In this document: positions 20,152-30,180 of the stretch, in pieces | Layout of the letters: the number at the start of each line of letters is the position of its first letter | Position numbering within the stretch: the first letter of the stretch is position 1 | Source: Abditibacterium sp. | GTDB lineage: Bacteria > Armatimonadota > Abditibacteriia > Abditibacteriales > Abditibacteriaceae | DNA length: 64,000 bases | Assembly: GCA_965246885.1 (NCBI GenBank) | Contig: OZ251992.1 | Coordinates: 2,272,001 to 2,336,000, forward strand | Direction: 5' to 3' | Notes under the pieces: generated by a model | What the model saw: only the letters and a program-made list of their open reading frames with translations | What the model was told of the DNA's origin: nothing | Database searches by the model: none | Made by a program: the position numbers and the translations under genes

Positions 20152-20996
20152 AAAAGTTCTTCATTGTCGGTTTGTGGATGCTGCTGAGCGTGAGCCAGAA
20201 GGCCGTATACGCTCAGATAGGCGCCGCTAAATGGCCCTTTCGCACCCGCGCTCAAGTCGAACGGGCCACCAAAGCCAATTTGCAGAATCTGCGTGCTTCT
20301 TACGACATCATCATGTCCGCGCGGCGTGTGGGCATGAGCCAGAGCGTTCTCAAGGTGTATGAGCAAGCGGCGGCAGGTGGCCCCTTCCAAACCCCGGATA
20401 AAGTCGCTGCCTTATACGCCTTTGCGTTTTGGGTAGACAGTTCCGCTATTCGCTGGAATTGGAAGGCAGACCGCGTCGCTGGAATCTGCCGAACCACTGG
20501 GGCAGATGCTGCGCGCATCACTCTCTATCAGCAAAGGGCGTTCGCTGCCCTGCCGAATTCGCCGGAAGTGTTGCTCTTTAATGCACTCGCTCAAGACCGG
20601 GCGGGAACCGACAACTTGAAGAACGCGCGCCGTCGGTTGCAACTCCTTGATCAAGCGATCAAGCTTGCCCCAAGATGGGGAGAACTCCACTTTTGGCGTA
20701 GCGAGGCGCTACAAAGCTGCGTTTATGAGTTGTCTGTGCCTAAAGGTCGCCCTTTATACCCGGCTTACGCACGAAAGGCTCTGATTGCTCTCGATAGGGC
20801 CATGCAGTTAGACCCGACCCTCCGACGCGAGGGGTTGGTCAATAAAATAGGCATATATCAGATGATGGGCAAACCCCGCGAGGCTTTAGCAGCGTTAGAC
20901 GCTTATGGGCGTGTCCATCCAGAATGGTTGTCATTGAAGGGAGTTTTTGAAAGACGACAACGCCTCTTGGGTCAAATCAAGAGCCAGGGAGGCTGA
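20148..20996 (+). CDS. Secreted TPR-like helical protein, coupled to the upstream gene
   Basis: ATGA overlap; signal peptide ending VYA; LDQAIKLAP and LDRAMQLDP TPR-like motifs. Confidence 0.75.
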   Translation: MKKFFIVGLWMLLSVSQKAVYAQIGAAKWPFRTRAQVERATKANLQNLRASYDIIMSARRVGMSQSVLKVYEQAAAGGPFQTPDKVAALYAFAFWVDSSAIRWNWKADRVAGICRTTGADAARITLYQQRAFAALPNSPEVLLFNALAQDRAGTDNLKNARRRLQLLDQAIKLAPRWGELHFWRSEALQSCVYELSVPKGRPLYPAYARKALIALDRAMQLDPTLRREGLVNKIGIYQMMGKPREALAALDAYGRVHPEWLSLKGVFERRQRLLGQIKSQGG

Positions 20997-21219
20997 CACC
21001 TAATCGTATCGGTCTGACCGCATTGGCTCGAAGCGCCTCGTTTCCGTGGGAAAGAGGCGCTCTTCGTTTTGCCTGCCATCTCCCTAAAACAGCATGAACC
21101 GTTTGCGGGGTTTGTCTGGGAAGGCGAGAGGAGGTTTGGGCGGGGCCTAAACACCCAAGTGCTTCCCCATTGCGACTCAAAGCGCAAACTCTGGCGCGCG
21201 CGTTGCGACACTGGGGGGT

Positions 21220-22548
21220 GTGGCTGCTCCTCTGCATGGCGTCTCGAAGGCGCTTAATCGCAAGTTGTTCGATATTCCTCGTTTGTCTCCGGCGCATGAC
21301 ATCGCGCGGCAGGGGCCGTTTCACTCGCGGCTGTTGCGGGCGGGGTGGGGGTTTTGGTTTCGCACCCTTGCGCCGGGGGGCCGCTACTTCTTTCTGGCGA
21401 CGCTGCTGTTCTTCCTGTATGGCGGCATGACGCTGGAGCCGCAGAGCTTCGTGCCGTTCGCGTATGCGCTTGTGGTGTGGGTGGTGGCCGAGATTGCCAA
21501 GGCGCTGGAAAAGCCCGGCGTCGAGCTTCGCGTTTCGCATCCCGACCGCATCGCGGCAGGCGAGCGCTTGCCCGTCGAAGTCGAGATACGCAACCGCCGC
21601 GCGAGCGCCTTGTCGGGCGGGCAACTCATCGCGCACCGTTTGCCCGACGCCGTTGATTTTCCGGCAGGCATGGGCATCCCCATTCCGACGCTTGAAGCGA
21701 ACGAGGGCGCGCGCGTCCATTTGGAGTTGGCTCCGCGTCGGCGCGGCTCGTATACGCTACGCGGTTTTCGCGTTGAAACGGCCTTTCCCTTCGGTTTGGT
21801 ATTCGCGTCGCGCGCGATAGAATCCCGCTCTCAACTCCTCGTTTACCCCAAGTTCTTTCCGCTTGACCGTTTGGAATTGCCGCAAAGCCGCCGCTATCAG
21901 CCGGGCGGCGTGGCGTTTGTGGCGGCGCGCGGTGAGTCGGTGGAATACATCGGCAACCGCGACTACCGCGAAGGCGACGCGGTGCGCGACATAGATTGGC
22001 GCGCGACGGCGCGACTTTCCCGGCCCATCGTGCGCGAGTTCCGCGAGGAGTATTTCCTGCGCGCGGCGGTCGTGCTCGATACGCACGTTCCCGAACCCAA
22101 TCCCGCCACGTGCGCCGATTTCGAGCGCGCCGTGTCGCTGTGCGCCGCGTGCGGCGATTACATGAACCGCGCGGATTACCTCGTGGACATTTTGGCAGCA
22201 GGGCCGAACCTGTTTCACTTGCAAGCCGGACGCGGCTTGGCGTCGCTCGACCAGATGCTCGACATTTTGGCGAGCGTGGATTCGACGGCGGCTTCACCTT
22301 GGCTGACGCTCGCGCCCACAGTGGAAGAGAATCTGGAAAAGATAACCAGCGTCATCTGCGTGTTCCTCGACTGGGACGAAGCGCGCCGCGATTTTGCCGA
22401 ACTACTGCAAAGCGGCGGCGGAGCGGTGAAAATCTTCATTCTGCGCGACGCGCGCACCGGCCCGACAACGCTGCCGACCGAGGGAACGTGGGACGGGGAG
22501 ATCGTCGTCTTAGGCGAGGAGGAATGGCAGCACGCCCGCGCTTTATGA
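21220..22548 (+). CDS. DUF58 domain protein
   Basis: RRGSY, FPFGL, LLVYP, RDYREGD-VR-IDWRATAR, VREF. Confidence 0.9.
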   Translation: MAAPLHGVSKALNRKLFDIPRLSPAHDIARQGPFHSRLLRAGWGFWFRTLAPGGRYFFLATLLFFLYGGMTLEPQSFVPFAYALVVWVVAEIAKALEKPGVELRVSHPDRIAAGERLPVEVEIRNRRASALSGGQLIAHRLPDAVDFPAGMGIPIPTLEANEGARVHLELAPRRRGSYTLRGFRVETAFPFGLVFASRAIESRSQLLVYPKFFPLDRLELPQSRRYQPGGVAFVAARGESVEYIGNRDYREGDAVRDIDWRATARLSRPIVREFREEYFLRAAVVLDTHVPEPNPATCADFERAVSLCAACGDYMNRADYLVDILAAGPNLFHLQAGRGLASLDQMLDILASVDSTAASPWLTLAPTVEENLEKITSVICVFLDWDEARRDFAELLQSGGGAVKIFILRDARTGPTTLPTEGTWDGEIVVLGEEEWQHARAL

Positions 22549-24584
22549 AACCCAAAGAACCCTCTCTGCTGTTCGTGACTTCGGTGGTGGTGGCGCTGTT
22601 GACGCTGTTCCTTTCGACGGGCGCTATCTTGGTGGCGGCACTCATCCCGCTTTATCTGGCGCCTCTCGCTGTTTCGGCACGCTTGCCGCGCGATTCCGGC
22701 CTCATCTGGGGCATCCGCTTGTTCCTGTATGCGGGGTGTGCGTTGGTAGGAAGGGCATCGTTGCAGTCGTACTTCTACTTCGGCGCCCAAGCGTTCGTGA
22801 CGATGGGGCTGATTCTGGGCGGCGAACTGATCATTCAGTCGTTCCGCGAGCCGCCCAAGGGGTTCAAGTTCGACCCGCTTCTGCTGTTCGTATCCAGCGT
22901 GTTGTTCATGGTGGGCGCGGGGCTGCCGACGGTGGGGACTCCGGCGCACCTGTGGATTTGCGCGCCGCTTTGGATATTCCTGACGCTGCTCGCCGCAAGC
23001 GACGTGCGCGAGGGGCGAGTGCAGTTCAACATCTTGGCGCGCGTGAAGCAGTTCGGCTTGATTCTCATCGCCGTGACCGGCGGCTTTCTGGCGCACTCGG
23101 CACTGGGCAACAATCGGGGCGCGCTGTCCGCCCTTAGCGCGAAGTTGCTGTCAACGTCCAATGTGCACGTTTCGGAAACCGGCGTCGCCGACGCGCCGCA
23201 ACTCGGCTCCTCATTCAATACCAATGCTTCGACCGCGCGCCTCTTGCGCATCGAGGGGTCATTGGGCGACTCACATTTGCGCGCGGGCGCGTTCGACCAA
23301 TACAAGAACGGCACGTGGGGGCCGCCGCTTTCGAGCCGCTCCATCACTGCCGCTCTGCCCGTCGAAACGCGCGAACAAAAAGGCGCGCTCATGACACTCG
23401 CCCAGCGCCGCGCCAGCCCGAAGTTTGCTACCGACCAGCGCACCGACTGGAACGCCAAAATCACCCTGCTGCGCGACAGCAACAAGACCGTCTTCGCGCC
23501 TCTCAACGCGTCGGCCCTTTTGCCCATTCCGGCCCAAGGCTCGAACTCCTTCGACTGGAACCGCTTCGAGGGGCCGCTTCAATGCTCCGATCCGACGCCG
23601 CTTTCTTACGGCGTTGTGGAATCGCACAGCGACATCCAAGGCGTCCAAACCGAGCAAGGGCCGCTTTGCGTGTCGCTCGACCCGGCGTCCCTGAACAAGC
23701 ACGCCGCCGACTACGTTAAGCAGGTGAAGCTCCTTTCCGAAGCGCGCGACCGGTTGCTTGAAGTGCCCGACGAAGTAGACCCGCAAGTGCAGCAACTCGC
23801 GCAACGCATCACCCAAGGCAAACGCACCGGCATCGAGAAAATCAACGCGGTTTCGGAGTATCTGCTCCGCAATTACAAATACTCCCTCGACTTTGTGCGC
23901 GGCGACCAAGACCCGGTGTCGGACTTCCTGCTCCATAAAAAGCCCGCGCACTGCCAGTATTTCGCGTCGGCCTCGACGATGCTTTTGCGCTCTGTGGGCG
24001 TGCCGTCGCGCTATGTGACGGGCTTTTGGGCGCACGAAGTGGGGGACGACGGCTCGACAGTTGTGCGGGGCCGTGACGCGCACGCTTGGTGCGAGTCGTG
24101 GGTGAAGGGCGTCGGTTGGGTAACGGTCGAAACCACCCCGCCATCGGGCCGCGCCGACCCGAAAGCGAACCCGCTCACGTGGTATCAGAAGCTGCAAGAG
24201 CGCGCGGAAGATACGTGGGCCAAGGTGCGCAACTGGTTCGGGCGCTTGTCGGGGTTGCAAATCGGCGCGATGATGCTCGGCATCTTGGCGCTGTGGGGGT
24301 TGGAACGCTGGCGTCAGGGTCGCAAAAAAGCGCGCGCTCTGCCCACGAAACCCGTTCCGCCCTTGGAACTGCAACCCCTCGCGCGCGGCTTTGAACTGGC
24401 ACTGCACAAGCGCGGCATTACCCTCCTCGACGGCCAAACGTGGAGCGAGGCCGTGCCAACCGAGTGGGGCGAAGGCCGCGATTTCGTCGAGAACTACAAC
24501 CTTGCCCGCTTCTCGCCGCGCGACGAGGAGCAATTGCGCGCCCTCACCGTCAAACTGCGAGCGATTCAGAACCGCAAGAACTAA
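22545..24584 (+). CDS. Membrane-anchored transglutaminase-like protein (TgpA-like); start reassigned to 22545
   Basis: N-terminal TM helices; HCQYFAS, GVPSRYVTGF, DAHAWCE, GWV-VETT. Confidence 0.88.
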   Translation: MKPKEPSLLFVTSVVVALLTLFLSTGAILVAALIPLYLAPLAVSARLPRDSGLIWGIRLFLYAGCALVGRASLQSYFYFGAQAFVTMGLILGGELIIQSFREPPKGFKFDPLLLFVSSVLFMVGAGLPTVGTPAHLWICAPLWIFLTLLAASDVREGRVQFNILARVKQFGLILIAVTGGFLAHSALGNNRGALSALSAKLLSTSNVHVSETGVADAPQLGSSFNTNASTARLLRIEGSLGDSHLRAGAFDQYKNGTWGPPLSSRSITAALPVETREQKGALMTLAQRRASPKFATDQRTDWNAKITLLRDSNKTVFAPLNASALLPIPAQGSNSFDWNRFEGPLQCSDPTPLSYGVVESHSDIQGVQTEQGPLCVSLDPASLNKHAADYVKQVKLLSEARDRLLEVPDEVDPQVQQLAQRITQGKRTGIEKINAVSEYLLRNYKYSLDFVRGDQDPVSDFLLHKKPAHCQYFASASTMLLRSVGVPSRYVTGFWAHEVGDDGSTVVRGRDAHAWCESWVKGVGWVTVETTPPSGRADPKANPLTWYQKLQERAEDTWAKVRNWFGRLSGLQIGAMMLGILALWGLERWRQGRKKARALPTKPVPPLELQPLARGFELALHKRGITLLDGQTWSEAVPTEWGEGRDFVENYNLARFSPRDEEQLRALTVKLRAIQNRKN

Positions 24585-24609
24585 CCTATCTGCAAGCGAA
24601 ACCACCGCC

Positions 24610-25584
24610 ATGAACCCAACACTCAACGGCCACGCGCCGTCCGCCACTTCCCAAAGCGCCCTTGACTCGCTGCGCCGCATCGAGACGAACTTGCAAGGCG
24701 TCATCAAGGGCAAAGACGCCGAGGTGGAACTCGTCTTAGTCGCGCTCGCGTCGGGGGGCCACGTCTTGTTGGAGGATGCTCCCGGAACGGGAAAGACCAC
24801 GCTCGCCAAAGCGCTGGCGGGTTCGGTGGGCGGCGAGTTTCGTCGCGTGCAGTTCACGCCCGATCTGTTGCCCGCCGATATTACCGGCAGTTCCTTTTAT
24901 AATCCCGCCGATGGCACTTTTGAGTTCCGCCCCGGCCCGGTTTTCGCCAACGTGTTGCTCGCCGACGAAATCAACCGCACCAGTCCGCGCACGCAGTCGG
25001 CGCTACTCGAAGTGATGAGCGAAAACCAAGTCTCTGCCGATGGGCGGCGCCACGCCCTACCCGCGCCGTTTTTCGTTGTCGCCACGCAGAATCCCTCAGA
25101 TTACGCAGGGACTTATCCGCTTCCCGAAGCGCAGTTAGACCGCTTCATGGTGCGCGTTTCGCTCGGCTACCCCGACGAAAAGTCGGAACTGGCCATCCTC
25201 GTTTCGCAGAACAATCACCACCCGCTCGACGACTTGCGCGCCGTCGTTTCGACGCACGACGTGCTCGCCATCCAAAGCGCGGTCAAGGAAGTTCACGTTG
25301 ACCAATCGGTCGGCGAATATATCGTGCGCCTCACGCACCAGACCCGCTCCGATGGGCGCCTGCGCGTCGGGCTGTCGCCGCGCGGGTCGCTCGCCTTGTA
25401 TCGCACATCCCAAGCGCGCGCGTGGATGGCGGGGCGCGCGTTCGTGTTACCCGAAGACGTGCGCGCCTTGGCCGTTCCGGTCTTAGCGCACCGCCTGATT
25501 CTCGACACCAAGGCCCGCTACGGCGGCGCCCACTCCAGCGACGTCGTGCAAGAGCTACTGGAATCGGTCGCCGTCCCCCGCTAA
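24610..25584 (+). CDS. MoxR family AAA+ ATPase
   Basis: HVLLEDAPGTGKT, RVQFTPDLLPAD, ADEINR, ATQNP, LPEAQLDRF, SPRG. Confidence 0.95.
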   Translation: MNPTLNGHAPSATSQSALDSLRRIETNLQGVIKGKDAEVELVLVALASGGHVLLEDAPGTGKTTLAKALAGSVGGEFRRVQFTPDLLPADITGSSFYNPADGTFEFRPGPVFANVLLADEINRTSPRTQSALLEVMSENQVSADGRRHALPAPFFVVATQNPSDYAGTYPLPEAQLDRFMVRVSLGYPDEKSELAILVSQNNHHPLDDLRAVVSTHDVLAIQSAVKEVHVDQSVGEYIVRLTHQTRSDGRLRVGLSPRGSLALYRTSQARAWMAGRAFVLPEDVRALAVPVLAHRLILDTKARYGGAHSSDVVQELLESVAVPR

Positions 25585-25587
25585 ACC

Positions 25588-26376
25588 ATGAACGACTTGG
25601 GACGCACCATCTATGGCGTGGATTTTTCCGGGGCGCGCTTGGCGGGCGAGAAGATTTGGCTCGCGCGGGCGCACACAGAGGAAGGCGGGTTAATGATTGA
25701 GCAACTTGGGCGCGCCGCCGAGCTACCGGGAGCAAGTAGCGAGCGAGATGAAGCGTTGCGCGCCCTCGTTCAAACGCTGGCGGACGCTCCGCACGCCGTT
25801 GCGGGCTTAGATTTTCCGTTCGCGCTTGCAAAGCAGTCGTTGGGCGACATAAATTACCCGCAGTTTCTGGCCGCGAGCGCCGATTTTTCCGACGCCGATG
25901 CTTTCAAAGAGGCATTTTCCGACGCGCGGCGGCAAACGGACATCGAAAGCAGGACGCCGTTCTCGCCGCTTAACTATCGTTTGTATCGCCAAACCTTTCA
26001 TGGCATCCGCGATGTGCTACGCCCGTTGGTCGAAGGCGGCGCGCGCGTCTTGCCGATGATGAGCGCCGACGCGGATAAGCTGTGGCTCGTGGAAATCTGC
26101 CCCGCTTCGACGCTAAAAAAGGAAAAGCTGTATCTCAGCTACAAGGGGAAAAGCGACAGTCAGCGCACTAACCGCGAGATTATCCTCTCCGAAATCAAGG
26201 CCCGCTTCGGCGTCCGAACAAGCGCGGAGATGGACGAGCAAATGGTGGCCGATACCGAAGGCGACGCCCTCGACGCCGTGTTAGCGGCGCTGGGCACCTT
26301 GCGCGCATTGCAAAACCAGCAGTCGCTTTCCCCGCGCAACGCCCTCGAAGAAATAGAGGGACGGGTTTACTACTAA
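25588..26376 (+). CDS. DUF429-like (RNase H-like fold) protein
   Basis: YGVDFSGA, GLDFPF, VEICPA, DALDAV. Confidence 0.7.
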   Translation: MNDLGRTIYGVDFSGARLAGEKIWLARAHTEEGGLMIEQLGRAAELPGASSERDEALRALVQTLADAPHAVAGLDFPFALAKQSLGDINYPQFLAASADFSDADAFKEAFSDARRQTDIESRTPFSPLNYRLYRQTFHGIRDVLRPLVEGGARVLPMMSADADKLWLVEICPASTLKKEKLYLSYKGKSDSQRTNREIILSEIKARFGVRTSAEMDEQMVADTEGDALDAVLAALGTLRALQNQQSLSPRNALEEIEGRVYY

Positions 26377-26397
26377 GGGCAGTCGGGAAGCAGCATT

Positions 26398-27366
26398 ATG
26401 TCTCAAGTTTTAATCATTGGCGCCGGGTTGTCCGGCCTGAGCGCGGCGCGGGGACTCCTCCAACGCGGGCACAACGTCGTCGTTCTCGACAAAGGGCGCG
26501 GCGTTGGCGGACGGATGGCGACGCGGCGTTTTGCGGGCGGGGTGTTCGATCACGGCGCGCAGTTTTTTACCGTGCGCTCCGACGAAATGCGCGCGGCGCT
26601 CGACGAATGGCAAACCCAAAACGTCGCAGCGCACTACTTCGACGGCTTCCCCACGCCCGACGGTCGCAAGCCGAACGACCACTACCCCCGCTTTCGCGGC
26701 GCGAGCGGCATGACGAGCATCGGCAAATACTTGGCGCAGGGCGTGGACGTGCGCTTGGACACGGAAATTGCGGCGCTTAATCTGTCCGATGGCATCTGGA
26801 CGGCGAAAACCGCGTCGGGCGAAGCATTCACTGGCGACCGTTTGCTACTCACGGCGCCCGCGCCCCAAGCGCTCGCGCTTTTCGATTCAAGCGGCACCTC
26901 GTTGCCCGTCGGCGTTCGCCAAACCCTCGCCGCGCTTTCTTACGAGCCGTGTTTCGCGCTGTTAGTGCAACTCGAAGCGCCCAGCGCGCTTCCCGCGCCG
27001 GGCTTGTTCTTCATTGAGGGCGAGACGATTTATTGGATTGCCGACAACAGCCAGAAAGGAATTTCGCCCGTCGCGGGTTCCGTGACCATCCATTCGGGTG
27101 CCGCTTTTGCCAAGGAGCACTACAACGACCCGGAAGAGACCGTCGCTGCCTTAATGCTCGACGCCGCTAAGGAGTATCTGGGAAGCGCGCCGAAAGAATG
27201 GCAATTGCGGCGCTGGCGTTATTCCAAGCCGGACAACCCCGCTTCGCTCGGCGCGCTCCATGTTCCCGAACTGGGCTTGTGCTTCGCCGGGGATGCCCTC
27301 AACGGCGCCAAGGTCGAGGGCGCTTACTTGTCGGGTCTGCAAGCGGCGCAGTCGTTATCGGAATAG
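26398..27366 (+). CDS. Renalase-like FAD-dependent oxidoreductase
   Basis: GAGLSG, DKGRGVGGRMATRR, FDHGAQFFT, RWRYS, AGD..VEGAYLSG. Confidence 0.9.
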   Translation: MSQVLIIGAGLSGLSAARGLLQRGHNVVVLDKGRGVGGRMATRRFAGGVFDHGAQFFTVRSDEMRAALDEWQTQNVAAHYFDGFPTPDGRKPNDHYPRFRGASGMTSIGKYLAQGVDVRLDTEIAALNLSDGIWTAKTASGEAFTGDRLLLTAPAPQALALFDSSGTSLPVGVRQTLAALSYEPCFALLVQLEAPSALPAPGLFFIEGETIYWIADNSQKGISPVAGSVTIHSGAAFAKEHYNDPEETVAALMLDAAKEYLGSAPKEWQLRRWRYSKPDNPASLGALHVPELGLCFAGDALNGAKVEGAYLSGLQAAQSLSE

Positions 27367-27375
27367 AACTGGCAT

Positions 27376-28200
27376 CTAAAATTCGTTGAGCACGTCCTCG
27401 GTCACTTCATCCGTCCACACTTTGAAGCCGACTAAGGGCGCGGAGCCATACGAAGTGGTGAGGGCGCAATCGGTGGCATCGCGGCCCCGCGCCATCACGA
27501 TGCGACCGACACGGCGCTTGTTGTGACGGGCGTCGAAGGTGTGCCACGCGCCGCCCAGATAGACCTCGAACCAACCGGAAAAGTCCATCGGCGTGTCGGA
27601 AGGCGGCGAGCCGATGTCGCCCAAATACCCGGTCGCGTAGCGCGCGGGAATGTTCATGCAACGGCACAGCGTCAGAGCGGTGTGGGCATAGTCGCGGCAC
27701 ACGCCCAACCGCTCGATGACGACGTCTGAGGCGGACTTGGTGGGGCGCGCGTACGCGTAGCCGAAGGTGACTTTCTGGTGAACCCAGTCGCAAATGGCTT
27801 GGACGCGCGCCCAGCCAAGGGGCGTGTGGCCGAACAAATCCCACGCGAGGGGAACTAATTTGTCCACTTCGCAATAGCGCGAATTGAGCAGGAACTGCAA
27901 GCACTCGTCGGGGAGTTCTTCGACGGGATGCTGCTCGGCATCAAGAACAACGGGGTCGGGTTGGTCGGTCATCTCGACGACGCCATCGGCCCACAAGCGG
28001 ATTTTCCCGACGGGCGCGTGAAGGCGGGTGCAGAGATTGCCGAAGGAGTCGGTGAATTGATGGAGCGGGACGTCGGGTTCGACGCCCGATTTGTAAGCGC
28101 GCAAGTCGGCGACGCGGTCGGGCGCGAGGTCGAGCAGAAGCGACATAGCGACGGGGGCTTTGAGATCGAAAATCAGTTCGTGGCCGATGCGAATGAACAT
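27376..28200 (-). CDS. Cytoplasmic transglutaminase family protein
   Basis: DSFGN, SRYC, GVCRDYAH, NIPARYATGYL, DFSGWFEVY, GRDATD. Confidence 0.9.
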   Translation of the reverse strand: MFIRIGHELIFDLKAPVAMSLLLDLAPDRVADLRAYKSGVEPDVPLHQFTDSFGNLCTRLHAPVGKIRLWADGVVEMTDQPDPVVLDAEQHPVEELPDECLQFLLNSRYCEVDKLVPLAWDLFGHTPLGWARVQAICDWVHQKVTFGYAYARPTKSASDVVIERLGVCRDYAHTALTLCRCMNIPARYATGYLGDIGSPPSDTPMDFSGWFEVYLGGAWHTFDARHNKRRVGRIVMARGRDATDCALTTSYGSAPLVGFKVWTDEVTEDVLNEF

Positions 28201-28338
28201 AGAGTAGGCGGGCTTCAGATGGCGGATGGCTTCAACAAGCCATTTCTTCCCAAGAACCGCGTTGGCGGCGAGTATACTTTGAGGCTGTTAAGCCTCTGTT
28301 TCGGCCATGTTGCAACGGGCGGCAAAGCGAAATTTTCT

Positions 28339-29085
28339 ATGTCTTATTGTTTAGGAATCAAAACCGCCGAGGGGCTGGTGTTAGCGTCGGACTCGCGCAC
28401 GAGTGCGGGCGATCAAGTGTCGGTGTGCCAGAAGATGCACCTGTTCGTCGTGCCCGGCGAGCGGGTCTTCGCGCTGGTGACTTCGGGCAGTCTGTCGCTG
28501 TCGCAGTCGGTTGTCACCCTCTTGCGCACCGACTTCGACGCGGGACAGGGCTTGGCGGCGGCGCCCACATTGTATGACGCCGCGCGCGTTGTCGGCAATA
28601 CGGTGCGCCGCGTCGGAGAAATAGACCGCGAGTTCTTGGAAAAGGACAAGTTCTCCTTTAACGTTCACTTTATCATGGGCGGACAAATCAAGGGCGACGA
28701 GCATGACCTGTATCTCATCTACCCTCAGGGCAATCCCTTACGCGCTTCGACGGACGCGCCCTTTCTACAGATTGGCGAAACAAAGTATGGCCGCCCCATC
28801 TTAGACAGGGGAATCAAATACGATTCTACACCGCTTGAAGTGGCTTCTAAATACGCGCTTATCTCGATTGATTCGACGATGCGTTCCAATATGACGGTCG
28901 GGCCGCCGGTGGATATGCTGCTTTATAAAGCGGACTCTCTTCAAGTCACGCATCATCGCCGCTTATTGGCCTCGGACTCGGACTTGAAAGAAATTCATAC
29001 GCGCTGGGAACAATCGCTGCGCCGTGCTGTGGCCGAGCTTCCCGCCGTGCAGTTTGAGGAAGTCGAGAACGATATAGAAGACTAA
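28339..29085 (+). CDS. Proteasome-type protease (Anbu family); start reassigned to 28339
   Basis: M-S-YCLG, ASDSRTSAG, GGQI, IYPQGN, QIGETKYGRPILDR, DSTMRSN-TVGPP. Confidence 0.9.
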   Translation: MSYCLGIKTAEGLVLASDSRTSAGDQVSVCQKMHLFVVPGERVFALVTSGSLSLSQSVVTLLRTDFDAGQGLAAAPTLYDAARVVGNTVRRVGEIDREFLEKDKFSFNVHFIMGGQIKGDEHDLYLIYPQGNPLRASTDAPFLQIGETKYGRPILDRGIKYDSTPLEVASKYALISIDSTMRSNMTVGPPVDMLLYKADSLQVTHHRRLLASDSDLKEIHTRWEQSLRRAVAELPAVQFEEVENDIED

Positions 29086-29100
29086 TACGGAAGATGCATT

Positions 29101-30174
29101 ATGGAACGTTCTAACACCCCCCGGTTCGCCGCCCTTTTCTTGGACTTCGAGAATATCTACTACTACCTGCGTGAAGAGTTCGTTGACCCGCCCAACCTCA
29201 ACGACGCCATTCTGGAACTACTGCGCAACCTGCGGCACCACCTCCAAGACGAGTTCGGCCTCGACTCCATCATCTCCAACGCCTACGCCGACTTCGAGCG
29301 CGTCGGCTCGACCCCCCAAGGCGCGCTCTTTTTGATGGGTGTGGACACCAAGAACGTGTTGGGCACCGACCACAAAAACGCGGCGGACATGCGGCTGTGC
29401 ATTGACGCCCTCGAAGTGCTCTATACCCGTCCCGAAATCGAGTCGTTCGTCCTCGTGACCGGAGACCGCGACTACATCCCGCTCATCCAGCACCTGCGCC
29501 GCAAGGCGCGGCACGTCTTGGGCGCCGGGTTTCGCCTCAAAGCGTCGGGCGATTTGCTCCTGAACCTCGGAGAAGGCCGCTTTATCGACCTGACGCCGTT
29601 CCTGTCCCCCGCCACGCGCGAAGCGATGGTGGCGCACCGCGAAGGACAGTTGCAGCGCCAAGCCGATGCCAAAGAGAGGATGGAAAAGCAGGCACTCGAA
29701 ATCGAAGAGCGCGCCCGCACCGCCCGCGATGCGCAGGCCGAGCCGCTTGGAGCAATCGTTGTCCAAGCCCCGCCCATACCTATCGCCGAAAACGGGCACG
29801 ACGGCAACGGTCACAAACACGCCGAGCGGTTCGCGCCCAAAAAGCCCGACCCGCTTCCCGAATGGCGCTTCGACACGCCGCGCTCCATCCTCAACGACGA
29901 CGCACGCGAGTGCCTCCGGCTGATGCTCATCAAACTCAGCGGCTTGCAGCGCAACGGCTACACGAGCGAATTGTGGCTTGGCCCCTTCAAGCGCCAACTC
30001 ACCGACGCCATGCCCCAACTGGCCGACTGGGAGCGCCGCGAAGTCATCGAAGAGCTTGTGCGCGCGGGCGCCATCGCCGTCGAAAAGCGCGACGGCGACC
30101 CCTATCCTTATTCGGTCATCGTCGTCAACTACCGCCACCCCGACGTGTGGGAACTCAACCCCGCCAGCGAGTAG
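29101..30174 (+). CDS. NYN domain protein with C-terminal winged-helix-like region
   Basis: LFLDFENI, AYAD, KNAADMRLCID, LVTGDRDYIPL. Confidence 0.88.
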   Translation: MERSNTPRFAALFLDFENIYYYLREEFVDPPNLNDAILELLRNLRHHLQDEFGLDSIISNAYADFERVGSTPQGALFLMGVDTKNVLGTDHKNAADMRLCIDALEVLYTRPEIESFVLVTGDRDYIPLIQHLRRKARHVLGAGFRLKASGDLLLNLGEGRFIDLTPFLSPATREAMVAHREGQLQRQADAKERMEKQALEIEERARTARDAQAEPLGAIVVQAPPIPIAENGHDGNGHKHAERFAPKKPDPLPEWRFDTPRSILNDDARECLRLMLIKLSGLQRNGYTSELWLGPFKRQLTDAMPQLADWERREVIEELVRAGAIAVEKRDGDPYPYSVIVVNYRHPDVWELNPASE

Positions 30175-30180
30175 TGTGAA

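Noticed and set aside
23271..24857. Long antisense or alternate-frame ORFs (e.g. 23271-24857, 38524-40047, 40069-42132, 51505-52785, 59322-60584)
   Set aside because: Shadow frames of well-supported genes, expected in high-GC DNA; no recognisable motifs.
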